From Folioceros fuciformis (Eukaryota): DNA of 45,815 bases. The stretch is from positions 408,981 through 454,795 of the forward strand of contig JBNGIO010006249.1 in NCBI GenBank assembly GCA_049999805.1, read 5' to 3'. Position 1 is the stretch's first letter. Every line of letters begins with the position of its first letter. Under the pieces are notes generated by a model. The model saw nothing but the letters and a program-made list of their open reading frames with translations, made no database searches and was not told the DNA's origin. A program made the translations under genes and the position numbers. Shown here one piece after another: positions 44,656 through 45,815 of this stretch.

Positions 44656-45815
44656 CTAGAAGGAGTTCATCTCCAGAAGGTAAGTCCGTCTCTTCACAAG
44701 AATGCTGGCAGCAGTGTTAAAGGGTTCTTCAAAAGCAGCAGCCACTGGCTCTTCAAACGCTCCAGACGAATACGAGGATGCGCAACCTTCAGCATCCCTC
44801 CGACATGGCTCTTGGATTTTGAGATACTCCCCAGCGAGACGCTCCTCCCTCTTCACCTGTGTCTCACTAGGTCTAATGGCTACCAAGGTAGCACCATTGA
44901 GTCTGGTACCACCGGGCAGCTCCAGTCGTGGAGCGTACCACAGTTTCATGTTCAATGCCGGGACCTGAGTACGGTTAGCAGATGCAGACGGAGCAAGAGG
45001 CTTGTCTCTAAACTCGTGCAACTGTTTATGATCCATGCAGAGCATTCCCTGGCCATCTGCGTCGGTGAGCACCAGCTTCTCCAGCGTGGGATGCTCTGCT
45101 ATGATTTGCTGCAGGAGATAATGCCTTGCTGATGCGGCGATAAGCGAAGATATAGTCCACACAACCCTGAGCTTCAACTCTCCATCTGTGTAAAAGGACT
45201 CGGGAATGCTCCCACTATCATCCTGCTGCACACCGGCAACTTCACCCCCCTCATCTCCCCCCAAGAGTAAATCCTCTCCCCTATCTTGCGCCAGGAGACC
45301 GTCTAACTTCTCCACCCTCCCGTCCTTGGCCACCTGAGCAGTAGAAGCCGCACCTAGAATGACGCAGCTCTCCAGACTGCTCCCAAACTCCGCCCGCCAC
45401 TTCAACAAGACTCCCTCGTCCACTCCCAGCTCTCCACCGGGAAGTTCAATCCTCAAGTTCCGGATTTCCTTGAAATTTTTCAGCACCTCCACGGGCGAGT
45501 GGTGCGAAACCTCCGCCACAATAGCCTTCTTGGGAGCCAGAAGATGCTGCAGCGCCTGCAACGGCTTCACGATGCTCCCTACCACAAACCGCATGAAATG
45601 GCTCAGCAGCCCCCGCCCCTTGCCGTGAATACTCCCGTCCTCCCCGGATATGACGCAGTCCACCTTCACTACAACGTTGTCCACAAGCGGCGCAAAATCA
45701 TGAAACCGCTTCGACACCGCACAGCACCTTCCGAGGGCCTTGATATCCCCGAGCCTGTTGAATATCAGCAGCAGCACCGAGTCGGGGAGCTGCTCAAAAT
45801 GATCTACTCCCGAAC
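44656..45815 (-). CDS. F-box protein, At5g46170/AUF1-like family; 5' end lies beyond the window
   Basis: DHFEQLPDSVLLLIFN...LGRCCAVSKRF, HHSPVEVLKNF, LLKWRAEFGSSLESCVILGA, LKLRVVWTISSLIAASARHYLL, DADGQGMLCM, ATLVAIRP and the C-terminal KRRTYLLEMNSF*. Confidence 0.93.
   Translation of the reverse strand, partial: SGVDHFEQLPDSVLLLIFNRLGDIKALGRCCAVSKRFHDFAPLVDNVVVKVDCVISGEDGSIHGKGRGLLSHFMRFVVGSIVKPLQALQHLLAPKKAIVAEVSHHSPVEVLKNFKEIRNLRIELPGGELGVDEGVLLKWRAEFGSSLESCVILGAASTAQVAKDGRVEKLDGLLAQDRGEDLLLGGDEGGEVAGVQQDDSGSIPESFYTDGELKLRVVWTISSLIAASARHYLLQQIIAEHPTLEKLVLTDADGQGMLCMDHKQLHEFRDKPLAPSASANRTQVPALNMKLWYAPRLELPGGTRLNGATLVAIRPSETQVKREERLAGEYLKIQEPCRRDAEGCASSYSSGAFEEPVAAAFEEPFNTAASILVKRRTYLLEMNSF

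Overview
Gene-dense, GC-rich land-plant nuclear DNA with short GT-AG introns and three 100-N scaffold gaps. A hornwort-like bryophyte is inferred from the compact gene structure and a DYW:KP-type PPR gene. Twelve protein-coding genes are supported: a MYB80/MYB35-like R2R3-MYB, a GH17 beta-1,3-glucanase with an unusual N-terminal membrane anchor, a 3-RRM hnRNP Q/R-like protein, a PLS-class PPR with a variant (U-to-C-type) DYW domain, a DUF3475/DUF668 protein, proteasome alpha-4 (PAD), a DCAF4-like WD40 protein, a SYT4/5-like synaptotagmin, complex I subunit P1, a small membrane protein apparently spliced to a degenerate Methyltransf_29 module, and two F-box genes. The most striking region is the apparently intergenic 4.2-11.2 kb interval. 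It holds decayed RNA-virus-derived sequence: an amalgavirus ORF1-like relic that still shows UUU_CGU +1 frameshift motifs, directly preceded by a partitivirus-like RdRp relic. Further unassigned decayed ORFs follow, and each of the two blocks ends in a copy of the same ~1.1-1.25 kb non-coding module, suggesting a virus-fragment capture or archive locus. All homology calls come from recalled family motifs, not from database searches.
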